The notes: generated by a model not told the origin, from the sequence alone. Counted from the stretch's first letter, positions 20,825 to 31,726 are shown. The stretch: DNA of 64,000 nucleotides from Prevotella sp. (GCA_022641735.1 JALCDQ010000004.1:120192-184191); one strand, 5' to 3'. Numbers and translations: made by a program.

Positions 20825-23503
20825 CTATCGTATACATTTCTGTCGAATCTTTTTTTTATTATTTATTACAGAAGATATTTTTGTTGCTGTCAATGAAATC
20901 GCTTTCGATTCGCAACCAGCTTCAGATGCTGTGCCACTATACAGGGCTTTAAATGTATGCGTGCCAGTCATTTTCTTTATGTGGTAATATACGCTTTTGG
21001 CCTTCGCCACACTTTGGCAGCCCAAGATGGAGCCATCACACATAATCACGACATAAGAACTGCTGTCGGGTGCGCCATTAAGCGTCACATCTATATAGAC
21101 GTCATCGCCCACATTGCGACTGCTGATATCGAGGCTGCTGCCCTTCGCCCTGTTCAACGGCGTGATGCGATACAACGCACTCTGATGAGCGTTGAGCGAC
21201 ACGCTGAAACCATTGTTGGCAAACGTGCCCATATCCTTTTTGCTCCACAAATCCGTTATCTCGCATTTACGGTCGGCATCCATGCCAATAGCTGTGAGCG
21301 GCAATGCGGCTTTCATGGATGGAGAGACCTGCATGTCGTCACCGAAGACGAGAAATTCGACGGTCGCATTGCTTGCTGCCGACGGGGCATCGTTCACGAC
21401 ACTGTTGTCGAGTCCGACGAACGCCTTGAACTGCACGTATTTCTTGTCGGTCGGGATGTTGTAGGTAGCTACGCATTGCCCGTTCATGCCAAGACCTTTG
21501 GCGTAAGTGGTGCCGCCGATGTTGAGCGTTCCGCCTTCCACATTGGTATTTTTGTGCAACGAACCGAAATCGCTTGTATAACTTGCTGCGTCCAACGAGA
21601 GCAACGATGTTTCATTACCGTTCTCATCCACAAGCACAGGATTCATCCAATCGGCACGGTCGTAATAGAAGTTGTCTGTGAAACGGCTCACCACGAGATG
21701 CAATTGCTTTTGTCCGCTAATGTCAGCGGTGAGGTTCATGCCCTTGATGTTATTTTTTCGAGACACGAGTCCCGAATAAGCCTTAGCTATCGAGGCATCG
21801 AAACCATCACGGGCGGTGGGGTCGAAACCGAACACATAAAATTTGACAGAGGATGTGGAACCGCTCTGCAAGGCACCGGAATCGTCGATACCGCACTTGG
21901 CACGCAATCCCACGACCTTTCTGCCGTCGGTATATTGCGGCACTTTCACCACGAGCATACTGCTGGCATGGCATGAGAAGCCCTTGGTGTAAGCCGTGCC
22001 TGAAACCGTCAACATATCACCGTTCAGATTCTTTCCATAACGGAAAAACTTGTAGCCGTCGTAGGCATGGGCTGTGTTGCTGTAGAGCGTATCTGCCACC
22101 GTGATGTCCACTTCACTTCCGTCGCTGAGCACGAAACGCGGATTCACCCAGTCGGCATGGTCATAACTGTTGCCGTCACTGGCATCATCACACACAAGTG
22201 CCACCTCGTTCAGATTACCGGACAGCGACACATCCGCATCCTCGGCACGCCCCGTGGTGGTGTAAGCGATGGTCTGCGACGTGAAAGCCGCCCCGTTGGT
22301 GCTGAACCAGTTGTCGGTGTTAGCACCCGTATTGAACATTGCCACAAATCTGTCGCCGTTGGCGGGGTCTACAGATGTCCACGTAATCAGTTTACCGTTG
22401 TTGAAAACCTGACGCTCCCCTGCCCCATGCTGGTTCATGTAAATCAAATCGGCATTGGTGAGCAGCGAGTCTTCCCATGCAGTGTTCTTGGGCAGATTGC
22501 CGCCATAAATCATCGGCGACCGACAGATGCCCCATAGGTTCATCAGCGTCTGCTCCTCGTCATTGGTCAATTTGCTGTATCTGAAACTTTTGCGGTCGAT
22601 GTTATAGCCGATGGCACCTATCGGAATCATATCCGCATCGGGCCAGTTGCCCACCTTGCAATAAGGTTGCCACTTGTCAGCCACATCGAAGATGGCATAC
22701 ACATCGGCCCACTTGTCCCACAGGTCGTCCACCATTCGCCATTGGTTGGCTTTCGACGAAAGGAAATCGGCTTGGTTGAGGTCGGCTTTGCCGGGACTCA
22801 GACTGAGCACAAGCGGTCGGCCGCATTGCGCGATGGCATTGTGAATCATTGAAATCTCGCCTTGATGTACGGGCCTCGAAATGTCGTCTACCTTGACGAA
22901 ATCCACGCCCCACTGCGCATACAGGTCAAATATTGAGTTGTAATAGAGCTGTCCACCCTTGCCCGTCACCACTTTGTAGTTCTGCGGGCACCAGGAGCAA
23001 GCGGAATCGTTGTTGCAAATCTGGTCGCAGGTGATTCCGCCGCCGTTATACACGGGGCATTTGCCTGATGCAGCCACTTTGGGCAATCCGCGCATAATGT
23101 GGATTCCGAATTTCAGTCCCATCGCATGAATCTTATCCGCGAGCGACTTGAATCCGTTGCCATCGGCAGCCGATGGAAATCGGTTTGTGGCTGGCGTGTA
23201 TCTGCCATATTTATCAATCACATAGTCGGGATTGGTCAGATTGTAGTATTGCGTTTCGTTAGACACATACCATCTGATATCGACCGTGACATATTTCCAT
23301 CCGTATTGTTTCAGATGGTCGCGGATATATTCCGCATTGGCAAGCACCTCGTCTTCATTCACGAAAGCCGCGAAGCAGTCCCATGAGTTCCAGCCCATCG
23401 GCGGGGTTTTGGCGGCAAGCAGATAATCCGGTTCATCTCCGTTCTGAGCTGAAGACAGTATTGCAATAAGGCAAAAAACAGTGGAAATAATGATTTTCTT
23501 CAT
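20825..23503 (-). CDS. GH27 (probable beta-L-arabinopyranosidase) with two NPCBM/CBM51-like modules; C-terminal secretion tail out of frame (20751-20849)
   Basis: TPPMGWNSWD, VDIRWY, FVKVDD, WRMVDDLWD and WPDADM, plus two repeats containing DHADW/DRADW and YTKG/YAKG. The stop follows an A8 run. Confidence 0.85.
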   Translation of the reverse strand: MKKIIISTVFCLIAILSSAQNGDEPDYLLAAKTPPMGWNSWDCFAAFVNEDEVLANAEYIRDHLKQYGWKYVTVDIRWYVSNETQYYNLTNPDYVIDKYGRYTPATNRFPSAADGNGFKSLADKIHAMGLKFGIHIMRGLPKVAASGKCPVYNGGGITCDQICNNDSACSWCPQNYKVVTGKGGQLYYNSIFDLYAQWGVDFVKVDDISRPVHQGEISMIHNAIAQCGRPLVLSLSPGKADLNQADFLSSKANQWRMVDDLWDKWADVYAIFDVADKWQPYCKVGNWPDADMIPIGAIGYNIDRKSFRYSKLTNDEEQTLMNLWGICRSPMIYGGNLPKNTAWEDSLLTNADLIYMNQHGAGERQVFNNGKLITWTSVDPANGDRFVAMFNTGANTDNWFSTNGAAFTSQTIAYTTTGRAEDADVSLSGNLNEVALVCDDASDGNSYDHADWVNPRFVLSDGSEVDITVADTLYSNTAHAYDGYKFFRYGKNLNGDMLTVSGTAYTKGFSCHASSMLVVKVPQYTDGRKVVGLRAKCGIDDSGALQSGSTSSVKFYVFGFDPTARDGFDASIAKAYSGLVSRKNNIKGMNLTADISGQKQLHLVVSRFTDNFYYDRADWMNPVLVDENGNETSLLSLDAASYTSDFGSLHKNTNVEGGTLNIGGTTYAKGLGMNGQCVATYNIPTDKKYVQFKAFVGLDNSVVNDAPSAASNATVEFLVFGDDMQVSPSMKAALPLTAIGMDADRKCEITDLWSKKDMGTFANNGFSVSLNAHQSALYRITPLNRAKGSSLDISSRNVGDDVYIDVTLNGAPDSSSYVVIMCDGSILGCQSVAKAKSVYYHIKKMTGTHTFKALYSGTASEAGCESKAISLTATKISSVINNKKKIRQKCIR

Positions 23504-23529
23504 CCGTGTAAACCTTTAATAACAAAGGA

Positions 23530-24579
23530 TTAATGTGTAATGACAACTTTCTTACCTTTAACGATATATATGCCTTTGCTGAGATTCTCGATAACTTTAG
23601 AAGTCGCATTCGAACAAATCTTTATGCCAGAGATAGAATATACATCAGCTTTATCAGAAAAAGATGTTTTTACACCAAAAATACCTGTAGGATTGGGGAA
23701 TAATATATAAGGGTCTGACTCGTCCATATAGACAGGTACTTGAGTGATATTAATGTATCCGCTATAGGCAGACACCTCTGATGTGCCTGTAGCAAGAGAT
23801 AGCAAGCCTCGACTGAGTAGATAAGTACCAACAGGGGCAATGGATGAGGTATAACTCCCGATAAGTCCGGTCTCATTGGCCGCCGTGGAAGAATATTCGG
23901 AACCGAGTTTGAAATAGACTTTTGAAGATAAACCCTTCATGATATATGGGACTCCAGATAGAAGTGTGCCGTCATGTACCTTCAGAAAGAGTCGTGAGGG
24001 GCTTTCTTTGCTGTCCATACCAGCAACATCATAAAACTTGGTGCTGTCAGTCAGGATGGTCATGTTGCGAGGAACACAAATTATGGTATACTCACCTGGC
24101 ATAGCCTCTATGCTATATCCGTTGACTGAAGCTAGATAAGCGTCGTTGATAATCATACTATTCTTGGCAGCACCCCATGCGTTCCAAAAGTATGCTCGAG
24201 AGATACGATTCACTCCTAATGCTTGAAGGTCTATTTTCAAGATATAGTCGGAAGTGCTGTCATTTTCTTTGATGAAAGAATAATTAACATCATTGACATC
24301 TTTAAAAACCTTGATCATATTCTGTCCCTTGTCTGGATTATCCTCTTTTTCATGCAATACATTGTCTTTGTCGTAATATTCCAATCGAAATTCAACAACA
24401 TCTTTCACGTCTTTCAGCTTCATGATGAGATATTTTATACTATCCACCTCAGCTGGCTGACTCAAAGTTGTTTTGCCACTTCCATAGCTCCATCCCCATT
24501 GCTGATAGATTCCATTGAATAGTAGTTTATGTGTCGTAATATCGTAAGTGCCATTCCCAACACCATACGAGAAGTTCAT
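23530..24579 (-). CDS. C-terminal part (FPL module + T9SS-type tail) of the upstream GH31, separated by a frameshift
   Basis: No signal peptide. The frame stays open upstream to the A9 run at 24652-24660. Ends TGI...VYSISGIKI...LSKGIYIVKGKKVVITH. Confidence 0.75.
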   Translation of the reverse strand: MNFSYGVGNGTYDITTHKLLFNGIYQQWGWSYGSGKTTLSQPAEVDSIKYLIMKLKDVKDVVEFRLEYYDKDNVLHEKEDNPDKGQNMIKVFKDVNDVNYSFIKENDSTSDYILKIDLQALGVNRISRAYFWNAWGAAKNSMIINDAYLASVNGYSIEAMPGEYTIICVPRNMTILTDSTKFYDVAGMDSKESPSRLFLKVHDGTLLSGVPYIMKGLSSKVYFKLGSEYSSTAANETGLIGSYTSSIAPVGTYLLSRGLLSLATGTSEVSAYSGYINITQVPVYMDESDPYILFPNPTGIFGVKTSFSDKADVYSISGIKICSNATSKVIENLSKGIYIVKGKKVVITH

Positions 24580-24626
24580 CTTTGTAGAATCATTCAGTGG
24601 GAATAAGTCCTTTTTTACTCGAAAAT

Positions 24627-27059
24627 CTATATCTTGTGTTGACGAATCATCTTTTTTTTTACTATCACATTTTTATTATTTACTTTCACTGTTATTGCAG
24701 TTCCGTCATAATCTATTATTTTACTAATCCGTTTAGACTGACTTGCACCAAGCCCTGTTATACTGTCAACTAGAACAATAGCAAACTTTCGTTTGGTTAT
24801 CATACCATTGTAACTACCTTGACGTGCTCCGATTGTCAGTTCTTGAGTGGCATTATTCCATGAGAAAGGAATCTCGGTATATTTCCCCTGCTCATAATTA
24901 TAGTTATCAAATTCATCTTCATAGAGTGTAAAGGTTCCATCTGCACCAGGATAGACGCGTACTTCAAGACTATCCCATGAACATTGTGTCGAATATTGCA
25001 CCTTAGGGCCCCATGGAATTATGGAACCTGCTTTCACATATAGAGGGATAGTCTGCAAGTCTACGGACCTTGATATTGTCTGACCACCTTCAGCAGTACT
25101 GCCATTCCAAAAATCAATCCATTTTTCTCCTGTCGGAAGATAAACATTTCGACTGCTTGCACTTGCTTTTAGGACAGGAGCTACAAGAAATGAATTGCCG
25201 AACTGATATTCATCGGTTATATCGTGCGTTGCATTGTCTGTTGGATATACCAGAGGAAGAGCAAGCATAAAAGAACTACCGTTTTTGTGTACATTCCATG
25301 CCGTGCTATATATATATGGCAATAGAGCATAACGTAGATTGATGTATTTCTCGATGTTATCATAATATTGAGTGCCTGATTCACCGAAACGATATATCGC
25401 ACGATCAGTACCTGCGCCATGAGAACGCATCATTGGACAAAATGTTCCAAACTGTATCCAGCGAGCATATAATTCATTGTAAGAAGATTGGCCCGGCCCA
25501 CTATAATCACCGTTAAAGAATCCTCCAATATCAGAGTTCCAATTTGGTATGCCACATATTGTATAGTTGAGGGCAGCAGGAATTTGCTTTGCTAAAGTCT
25601 CCCAACTTGCTGTGATATCGCCGCTCCATGTATTAGCGCCCGTACGTTGTAAGCCAGCGAAACCTGAACGTGTGAGTATCATCACACGCTTGTTGCTGCA
25701 TCCGCTCTCAGCACGATGATGATCATATACTCCACCCACATGAACTAGCGGGTAAGCGTTGCGGACTGACCTCCATGTACAGTTAAGGCCTGTGACGAAA
25801 TCGAAAGTTTTTTCGCGGTCATCTCCACCCTGATAGTGGTCAGGTTCACTAGAATCCATCCAATAGGCATCGATACCACGTGATGTAATTCCACTGTAAA
25901 GACATTTCCAATAATAGTCACGCGCATCTTTGCTATATGTATCGTAAATTCCTACTCCCTCATTATTTGGATATGTAGTTGTCATTATTGTATCACCACA
26001 TTTAAACAATTCATTGTGTTGCTTGAAATATGCAAACTGCTTAGTGTCACGACCGAAATTCGCCCAAAACGAGATGAGTATTTTGGCATGCATGTCATGT
26101 ATAGAATCTATCATCTGTTGATAGTTACTGAATTTTGAGTTTAGAAAATCCATAGCATTCCATTGATTGTTGCTACCCCAATATTGCCAGTCTTGCACAA
26201 CACAGTCAAGTGGGATACCAAGATCACGGTACTTTTTCACTACACTCATTGTTTCATCAGCACTCTGATAACGCTCCTTGCTTTGAAAATAGCCATAAGC
26301 CCAAAGTGGTATCATTGGAACCTGCCCTGTAAGTTCACGCATCAGTGCTACGGTTTGCTCGCCATTTGATGCTGAACCTGCTAGATAGTAATAATCTATC
26401 GCATGGCCCACACTTGAATCAAATGTCATGCCGTTGGCATTGTCATCGAATGTTGTCGGTGACAAGTTATCCCAATATAGTCCATATCCTTTCACAGAAT
26501 GTACATAAGGGACCCACACGGTAGAGTTGCCTTGCACCATATACCCGTACTTTTGACCACGCTGATTGAGAAGATTATTCTGAATTTGCCCTAATCCATA
26601 AATGCTCTCGTTGGTATCTAGAGTGAAAGTCTGTTTCAGTTCATAAGAATCTGATGTACCATCTTTGCGCGCTGTCATCACTGTAGTGCCTGATTTCTCT
26701 TCAATCATTTGCTTACTGTTCTTGTCATAAAAGGCAACTTGCCCTGTTGTATTATTGACGGATACTGTGATATCAGAGGTTGAAACCTTTGCTAAACCGT
26801 TCTCGTTGGAGAAATTCACGCTCACCGTCTGTGGTTGCATTGTCACCACGAGTTTTGGATCGTTTGTGGCAACCGTATCACTACTATAATATTTTAAGAT
26901 ACGCACCACTTGTGGGGAATAGAAACGCACTTCTGTTACCACACCATTTAAAACAGAGCGAAGCCCATTATTGGTTTTTACGACCTGTGCTATAACACTG
27001 GTTGACCATAGCAAACTGCAAACAAGGCATATTGCATAAGATATTATTCTTCTTTTCAT
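24627..27059 (-). CDS. GH31 glycosidase, probable alpha-xylosidase
   Basis: Signal peptide, YGLGQ, VVQDWQYW, nucleophile WMDSSEPD, acid/base WSGD, SDIGGF, PMMRSHG and FTLYEDE. Confidence 0.9.
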   Translation of the reverse strand: MKRRIISYAICLVCSLLWSTSVIAQVVKTNNGLRSVLNGVVTEVRFYSPQVVRILKYYSSDTVATNDPKLVVTMQPQTVSVNFSNENGLAKVSTSDITVSVNNTTGQVAFYDKNSKQMIEEKSGTTVMTARKDGTSDSYELKQTFTLDTNESIYGLGQIQNNLLNQRGQKYGYMVQGNSTVWVPYVHSVKGYGLYWDNLSPTTFDDNANGMTFDSSVGHAIDYYYLAGSASNGEQTVALMRELTGQVPMIPLWAYGYFQSKERYQSADETMSVVKKYRDLGIPLDCVVQDWQYWGSNNQWNAMDFLNSKFSNYQQMIDSIHDMHAKILISFWANFGRDTKQFAYFKQHNELFKCGDTIMTTTYPNNEGVGIYDTYSKDARDYYWKCLYSGITSRGIDAYWMDSSEPDHYQGGDDREKTFDFVTGLNCTWRSVRNAYPLVHVGGVYDHHRAESGCSNKRVMILTRSGFAGLQRTGANTWSGDITASWETLAKQIPAALNYTICGIPNWNSDIGGFFNGDYSGPGQSSYNELYARWIQFGTFCPMMRSHGAGTDRAIYRFGESGTQYYDNIEKYINLRYALLPYIYSTAWNVHKNGSSFMLALPLVYPTDNATHDITDEYQFGNSFLVAPVLKASASSRNVYLPTGEKWIDFWNGSTAEGGQTISRSVDLQTIPLYVKAGSIIPWGPKVQYSTQCSWDSLEVRVYPGADGTFTLYEDEFDNYNYEQGKYTEIPFSWNNATQELTIGARQGSYNGMITKRKFAIVLVDSITGLGASQSKRISKIIDYDGTAITVKVNNKNVIVKKKMIRQHKI

Positions 27060-27098
27060 GACTATCGATATTTATTTTATATGTTATTTAAGCTTGTA

Positions 27099-30000
27099 TT
27101 AACGAACAGCTACCTTACGGCCACCAATCACATATATGCCTTTTGGTAATCCTTTCAGTAGGCCTACGGATGACTTGGAACTGCGGATTTTAACACCTGA
27201 GATGGTGTAGACGTCCATTGATTTAGTATTGGCATTTATAATATTAGATATTCCACTTGTGCTTCCATTCAGAAAAGAAAGCTCAGAATATGATTTAGCA
27301 ACTTCTGAGGCGGAATAGAAATTGATGTCTTTAAGTATCGAGGTATTATTGACTGCAGTGCTGGTAAGGCCGAAGAGTGTAATAATACTGCCACTACCTG
27401 TTGTGAAGACAATTTCATCATCTTTCATATTGTCATCCAGCCCACTTTTGGTAACGTCCCAAACAATAATTTGGTCAGCATCTGTAGCTTTGACCTGATA
27501 CGTCGGGGATACACTTGAACCTTTGTTCACGCCATTAAGAAACCAAAGGAAAGAACTCCCATCGTTTGACGAGAGTCCGGAACCTTTGACAACTAAATAT
27601 TTTTCATCACTTGTTATTTCGTATTCACCGGACTTCTGGGCATTTAGTTGCAGACATACATTGTCAGCACCTGAAGCTGTCACTGAGATAGTGTTGGCGG
27701 TCTCGTCATACGATATCTTATTCTGTGGCACACGGTTCACATCGCCAGTTACCCATTCCGTTGCCTTGAAAGCGTAATGAGGGATACCCACATACCCACT
27801 GAGAAGACGCAGATAATAGAGCCCGGGGGCAAATGTTGTGGATGATCCTTGGAACTTGACTGTAATCTTGGTTTCCCCCGTGAGCATAGAAACAGGAATT
27901 GGGTATTCCACATCATAGAAAGATGTTACGCCGGTCTTGCTCTGCGGAATGGTCACGTCGCGTAACTTAACACCATCTATATAAATGGTTTCCATACGTC
28001 CACGGTCGTTGATATTAAAACGGCACATCAGACTTACACTATCCGTCTTGCCTTTGGTGGCAAGATCATATTCGAACCAGTTATTGGCACCAGCGTCACG
28101 GTAATGTTCGCCATAAGCGATGCCCTTGCCTGAACCTAATGATTGGAGATTGTGACCAGCCTCGCTCTGTTGTTCGCCTGAAGCTACTTTGTCAAGTGTA
28201 CGTTTTTCCAAAGCTTCAGCTTCTGCCTCTTCTTTCGCCAAGTCACTGTTGGCATAAGCCTCTGGTGTCTGCTGGTTCCAATATACCATGTAACGTGTAT
28301 GGTGAATGGTATAAAATGGTTTCAGTTCCATTTTTGCCCATGAAGACCCTTCACGAGTGGCATCCACTTGGAACAACAGTTTTGAAGCATCTTTCACAGA
28401 TAATTTCTCCATCAGTTTAGCCCGGTCGCAGAGCACCATCGGTGCTGTAGTCAGATTTTTTTTGGTTGCAATACATTCAGGGGCGTGGTCCATGCGTCCC
28501 TCACCAGCATATTCGCCGTAGAGTTCCTCATAATCGGAAGCGCTGGTATCGGAACTTGTAGTTTGTGCAGCTAAGAGTATGGGACCATAATTGAATGCCA
28601 CATAATCAGTATAGTCAGGACATGTGTTGTAAGTAAGCTCCATGGGGAAGGATATCTCTATTTTGTCCCCTACGTTCCACGCACGTTTGACGGAAACGTA
28701 TGAGGCTGTCCCTTTTACAACTTTCCCTGTCACGTCTTCCCCATTGACAGTAACCTTATAGGTTGCAGTGGTCCACGCTGGATGACGCACGGCGATAGTG
28801 TAAGTACCTGCCGTGTTGACAGTGAGTTCAGATGTTGTGGCATAAGGGAACGAAGTGGTCTGCACTAATTTGAATTTATTGCTATTTAGTTCACTTGCCG
28901 TGAAGAGATTCACATACAGCGTATTATTGTCAGCCGAATGGGTATAAATAAAATGTCCATATTTGCTATGGTTTTCCATACCCGTTCCTACGCAGCACCA
29001 CATAGCACTATTCACTTGTGAATAAATGCGGTAACTTTGTGGGCGTAATGGGGTAAAATATACATATCCGCCCGTCTTTGGATCCTGTGTGGAAAGAATA
29101 TGATTGAGCATAGCTTTCTCGTAGAAGTCCACATATTTAGCATCGTGTGTGTCATCGAAGAGGTCTTCTGAGAGTTTCAGCATATTGTTACTATTACAAC
29201 TCTCTGGGCCATCCGAGTTGGTGATATTAGCAGAACCATTGTCTTGTGCAAGAAAATGCTCATCGATGCTGTTGCCACCAATACATACCGTACGGTTGTC
29301 CACAACATCTGTCCAGAAATTCTCTGCTGCTGTTTTGTAAGTAGTGGCAGTTGTATCTTCCTGCGAGATGCGTTCAAATCCTATATATTTGGGTACCTGT
29401 GTATTAGCGTGACGATTGTTCAAAAAAGTTGTCGCCAAGGTCTGCATACCATTGAGCATTTCCTTATGGGAATATTTCTTGGCCGCGGCTAGATATTTAG
29501 CATCACCAAAGAGCGTGTAAGCATCTGCATAAACTTCGTTCATGCCACCCTGCTCATCCCACAGCAAGGCGGAATCCATATCATCATCTTTAATTTTAGC
29601 CACTACATTGATGCCCCAGTCACAGAGGCGGCGGAAACATTCTTTTGCCGTCTCGTTGCCTGCGTACACATAAGCATCACGCAGACCGGCATAAATCTTG
29701 TGCATCACATAGAACGGTACCCATGCAGAACGGGTGCTGTATTGTGTGTTACTACCCTTGTAAAGTTCGGTCCAAATGGTATTGTCAGGTAGTCCACCAA
29801 TATAACCTTCCATCCCCTCGGTGTTACCATTGAAAGCATCTTGACAATCTTTCAGCACACCTATCATATATTCCATGCGCTCTTTGAGTTGCGCACGCAT
29901 TGTCTCATCATGGCTGGCGGCATATGCCAAAGCTAATGCCGACAGATAGTGACCACCTACATGACCATCGAGGGCAAAACTGGGATTCCAACCCCAATTA

Positions 30001-30308
30001 TCAAAATTGGGATGTTTTGTCTCCCACTGGTAGTATTTGCTACTGGTTGTGGCAGTGGACGAAAGACCCGCTTGACGTACAAACGGCGTAAGCAAACGGT
30101 TGACATCATACTTCAAGAGTACTTCGATGTTCTTGTCCATCGCCGTTTTGTAGGGACTGTCGTTCAGTGTGACATCATGCAGGCTGAAATGCTGTGGATA
30201 GAGTGCAGTCTGTGCCGAAATATTTATCGGCAGAAACATTGCACCAATCAACAGAACTATAGCTTTGCTAAGCCAATGAGACATTTTATTCTTCATCTTC
30301 TCAATCAT
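27099..30308 (-). CDS. GH146/GH127 beta-L-arabinofuranosidase with C-terminal modules and T9SS-type tail
   Basis: LDGHVGGHYLSAL, EQGGMNE, HANTQVPK, ESCNSNNMLKL and WCCVGTGMENH (Zn/Cys site). Tail LPKGIYVIGGRKVAVR. Confidence 0.9.
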   Translation of the reverse strand: MIEKMKNKMSHWLSKAIVLLIGAMFLPINISAQTALYPQHFSLHDVTLNDSPYKTAMDKNIEVLLKYDVNRLLTPFVRQAGLSSTATTSSKYYQWETKHPNFDNWGWNPSFALDGHVGGHYLSALALAYAASHDETMRAQLKERMEYMIGVLKDCQDAFNGNTEGMEGYIGGLPDNTIWTELYKGSNTQYSTRSAWVPFYVMHKIYAGLRDAYVYAGNETAKECFRRLCDWGINVVAKIKDDDMDSALLWDEQGGMNEVYADAYTLFGDAKYLAAAKKYSHKEMLNGMQTLATTFLNNRHANTQVPKYIGFERISQEDTTATTYKTAAENFWTDVVDNRTVCIGGNSIDEHFLAQDNGSANITNSDGPESCNSNNMLKLSEDLFDDTHDAKYVDFYEKAMLNHILSTQDPKTGGYVYFTPLRPQSYRIYSQVNSAMWCCVGTGMENHSKYGHFIYTHSADNNTLYVNLFTASELNSNKFKLVQTTSFPYATTSELTVNTAGTYTIAVRHPAWTTATYKVTVNGEDVTGKVVKGTASYVSVKRAWNVGDKIEISFPMELTYNTCPDYTDYVAFNYGPILLAAQTTSSDTSASDYEELYGEYAGEGRMDHAPECIATKKNLTTAPMVLCDRAKLMEKLSVKDASKLLFQVDATREGSSWAKMELKPFYTIHHTRYMVYWNQQTPEAYANSDLAKEEAEAEALEKRTLDKVASGEQQSEAGHNLQSLGSGKGIAYGEHYRDAGANNWFEYDLATKGKTDSVSLMCRFNINDRGRMETIYIDGVKLRDVTIPQSKTGVTSFYDVEYPIPVSMLTGETKITVKFQGSSTTFAPGLYYLRLLSGYVGIPHYAFKATEWVTGDVNRVPQNKISYDETANTISVTASGADNVCLQLNAQKSGEYEITSDEKYLVVKGSGLSSNDGSSFLWFLNGVNKGSSVSPTYQVKATDADQIIVWDVTKSGLDDNMKDDEIVFTTGSGSIITLFGLTSTAVNNTSILKDINFYSASEVAKSYSELSFLNGSTSGISNIINANTKSMDVYTISGVKIRSSKSSVGLLKGLPKGIYVIGGRKVAVR

Positions 30309-30451
30309 TGAAGTTTTCGTGGATATATTTTTTTTTCGTATAAAAGGATGGAATCTCGTTTATTATTTGCTTTAAATTTGTATAGAATTAAAGTTGGGAG
30401 TAAGAAAGTGTTTTACTCACTTCCAACTCCCTGTGCCCTATTGAAGTGAAG

Positions 30452-31726
30452 CTATTTAACAACTACTTTTTTGCCCTCTAAGATATATACTCCCTTGGCA
30501 AGACCATTGAGAGCAGATGAGCGTGAAACATTTGCACGGACTCTTACTCCAGAGAGATTGAACACATTCACATTCTCACTACTATTGCCCGTATTCTGTA
30601 TAGTTTTGATGCCTGTAGTTGTAGTTTTTGTGAGATATGCTTTGCTTATGACAATTGGACTACTTCCGAAAGACCAAAAACCGACACGGGTGATATTTGC
30701 CGTATTCACTAAATTGCCATCGTGATTATCCCCTTTCTTCATATTCTTTAAGTCAACGGTGAGCGTTGTGTTATCACCAAATTCAAATTCAGCACATGAA
30801 TCCCAGAAACCTCCGTCCCATACACGGATCTGTGTGCCGCAAGTCTGTTTGGCAGCCAGTTCCACTACGAGATTGTCATAACTGGACAAGTCGATAGCTG
30901 GACTGTATTCCCAACCTGCCACGCAATATGGACCTGTTACGAGCGTTTTTGTCGTGGCATCATAAGTATTTTTTGAATCAGGATTCCAAATGCCAATATT
31001 GAAACCTGTTTGTGTCAATGGGAAATAAGACTCGTCCTGCGCTGGAACATCGACATCTTTTGTCAAATAGACGTTGCTGAGTTTCAGCGTTCCACCTTTG
31101 TCTGCAGGATAATCCATCTGTAAGCGGATGTATTCAATGTTCTGCAATTCTACGCTAGAGAGAGTGGATGTACCAGCCTCATCGAGTGCTTCTTTCAGAT
31201 TGAGAGTTACAGACGTTGCCCCAGCTTCGGCTTTGGCAACCACGGTATGGGTGCTTTGAGCAGTTTCTTTCTTAGTATCGGTTGCAGCAGGTACGTCGCC
31301 CTGAACTTTCAGCGTAACAGCATAAGGTATTGCCTCGGCAAATTCCACAACAATAGTTTTGGCATCGCTCATGTCCTGGAAGTTCCATTTGCCAGCACCA
31401 CCCCAGCGATAGTTCCAACCTTTCACAAAGTCAGCTGTTGTGAGTTGATCTACTGAAGTCACACTGGCATCAACAGCTTGCACTTTGGCGAGCAAAGTGG
31501 CATCGATGGCAGGATAGGTAATAGTTTTAGTTGTAGCATCATAAGTGGCAAAATCGCGCAGATAGTTTCCTCCATTCAGACCATCACTGGTCAGAGGAAA
31601 TAGAGTCGTGGACTTAACCTCAGATATCACTTTATGAGGCCCATCTGTCTTCTCAGCCATTACGGGAGTTGAACAGAATAAATTTCCTGCAAGGCAGGCA
31701 AATAAAAAGAGTAACATTTTTCTCAT
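30452..31726 (-). CDS. Secreted non-catalytic protein: two tandem FPL modules + T9SS-type tail
   Basis: Signal peptide, internal repeat FPLT...TYDATTKT (x2), Thr linker and tail VFNLSGVRVR...LAKGVYILEGKKVVVK. Confidence 0.8.
   Translation of the reverse strand: MRKMLLFLFACLAGNLFCSTPVMAEKTDGPHKVISEVKSTTLFPLTSDGLNGGNYLRDFATYDATTKTITYPAIDATLLAKVQAVDASVTSVDQLTTADFVKGWNYRWGGAGKWNFQDMSDAKTIVVEFAEAIPYAVTLKVQGDVPAATDTKKETAQSTHTVVAKAEAGATSVTLNLKEALDEAGTSTLSSVELQNIEYIRLQMDYPADKGGTLKLSNVYLTKDVDVPAQDESYFPLTQTGFNIGIWNPDSKNTYDATTKTLVTGPYCVAGWEYSPAIDLSSYDNLVVELAAKQTCGTQIRVWDGGFWDSCAEFEFGDNTTLTVDLKNMKKGDNHDGNLVNTANITRVGFWSFGSSPIVISKAYLTKTTTTGIKTIQNTGNSSENVNVFNLSGVRVRANVSRSSALNGLAKGVYILEGKKVVVK

Noticed and set aside
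20957-21976. 339-aa + strand ORF
   Set aside because: Antisense to the NPCBM region of GH27.
30394-30432. Imperfect palindrome after the 424-aa gene as an AraR operator
   Set aside because: Position just past a stop codon and poor pairing fit an mRNA hairpin better, and no araR is present.
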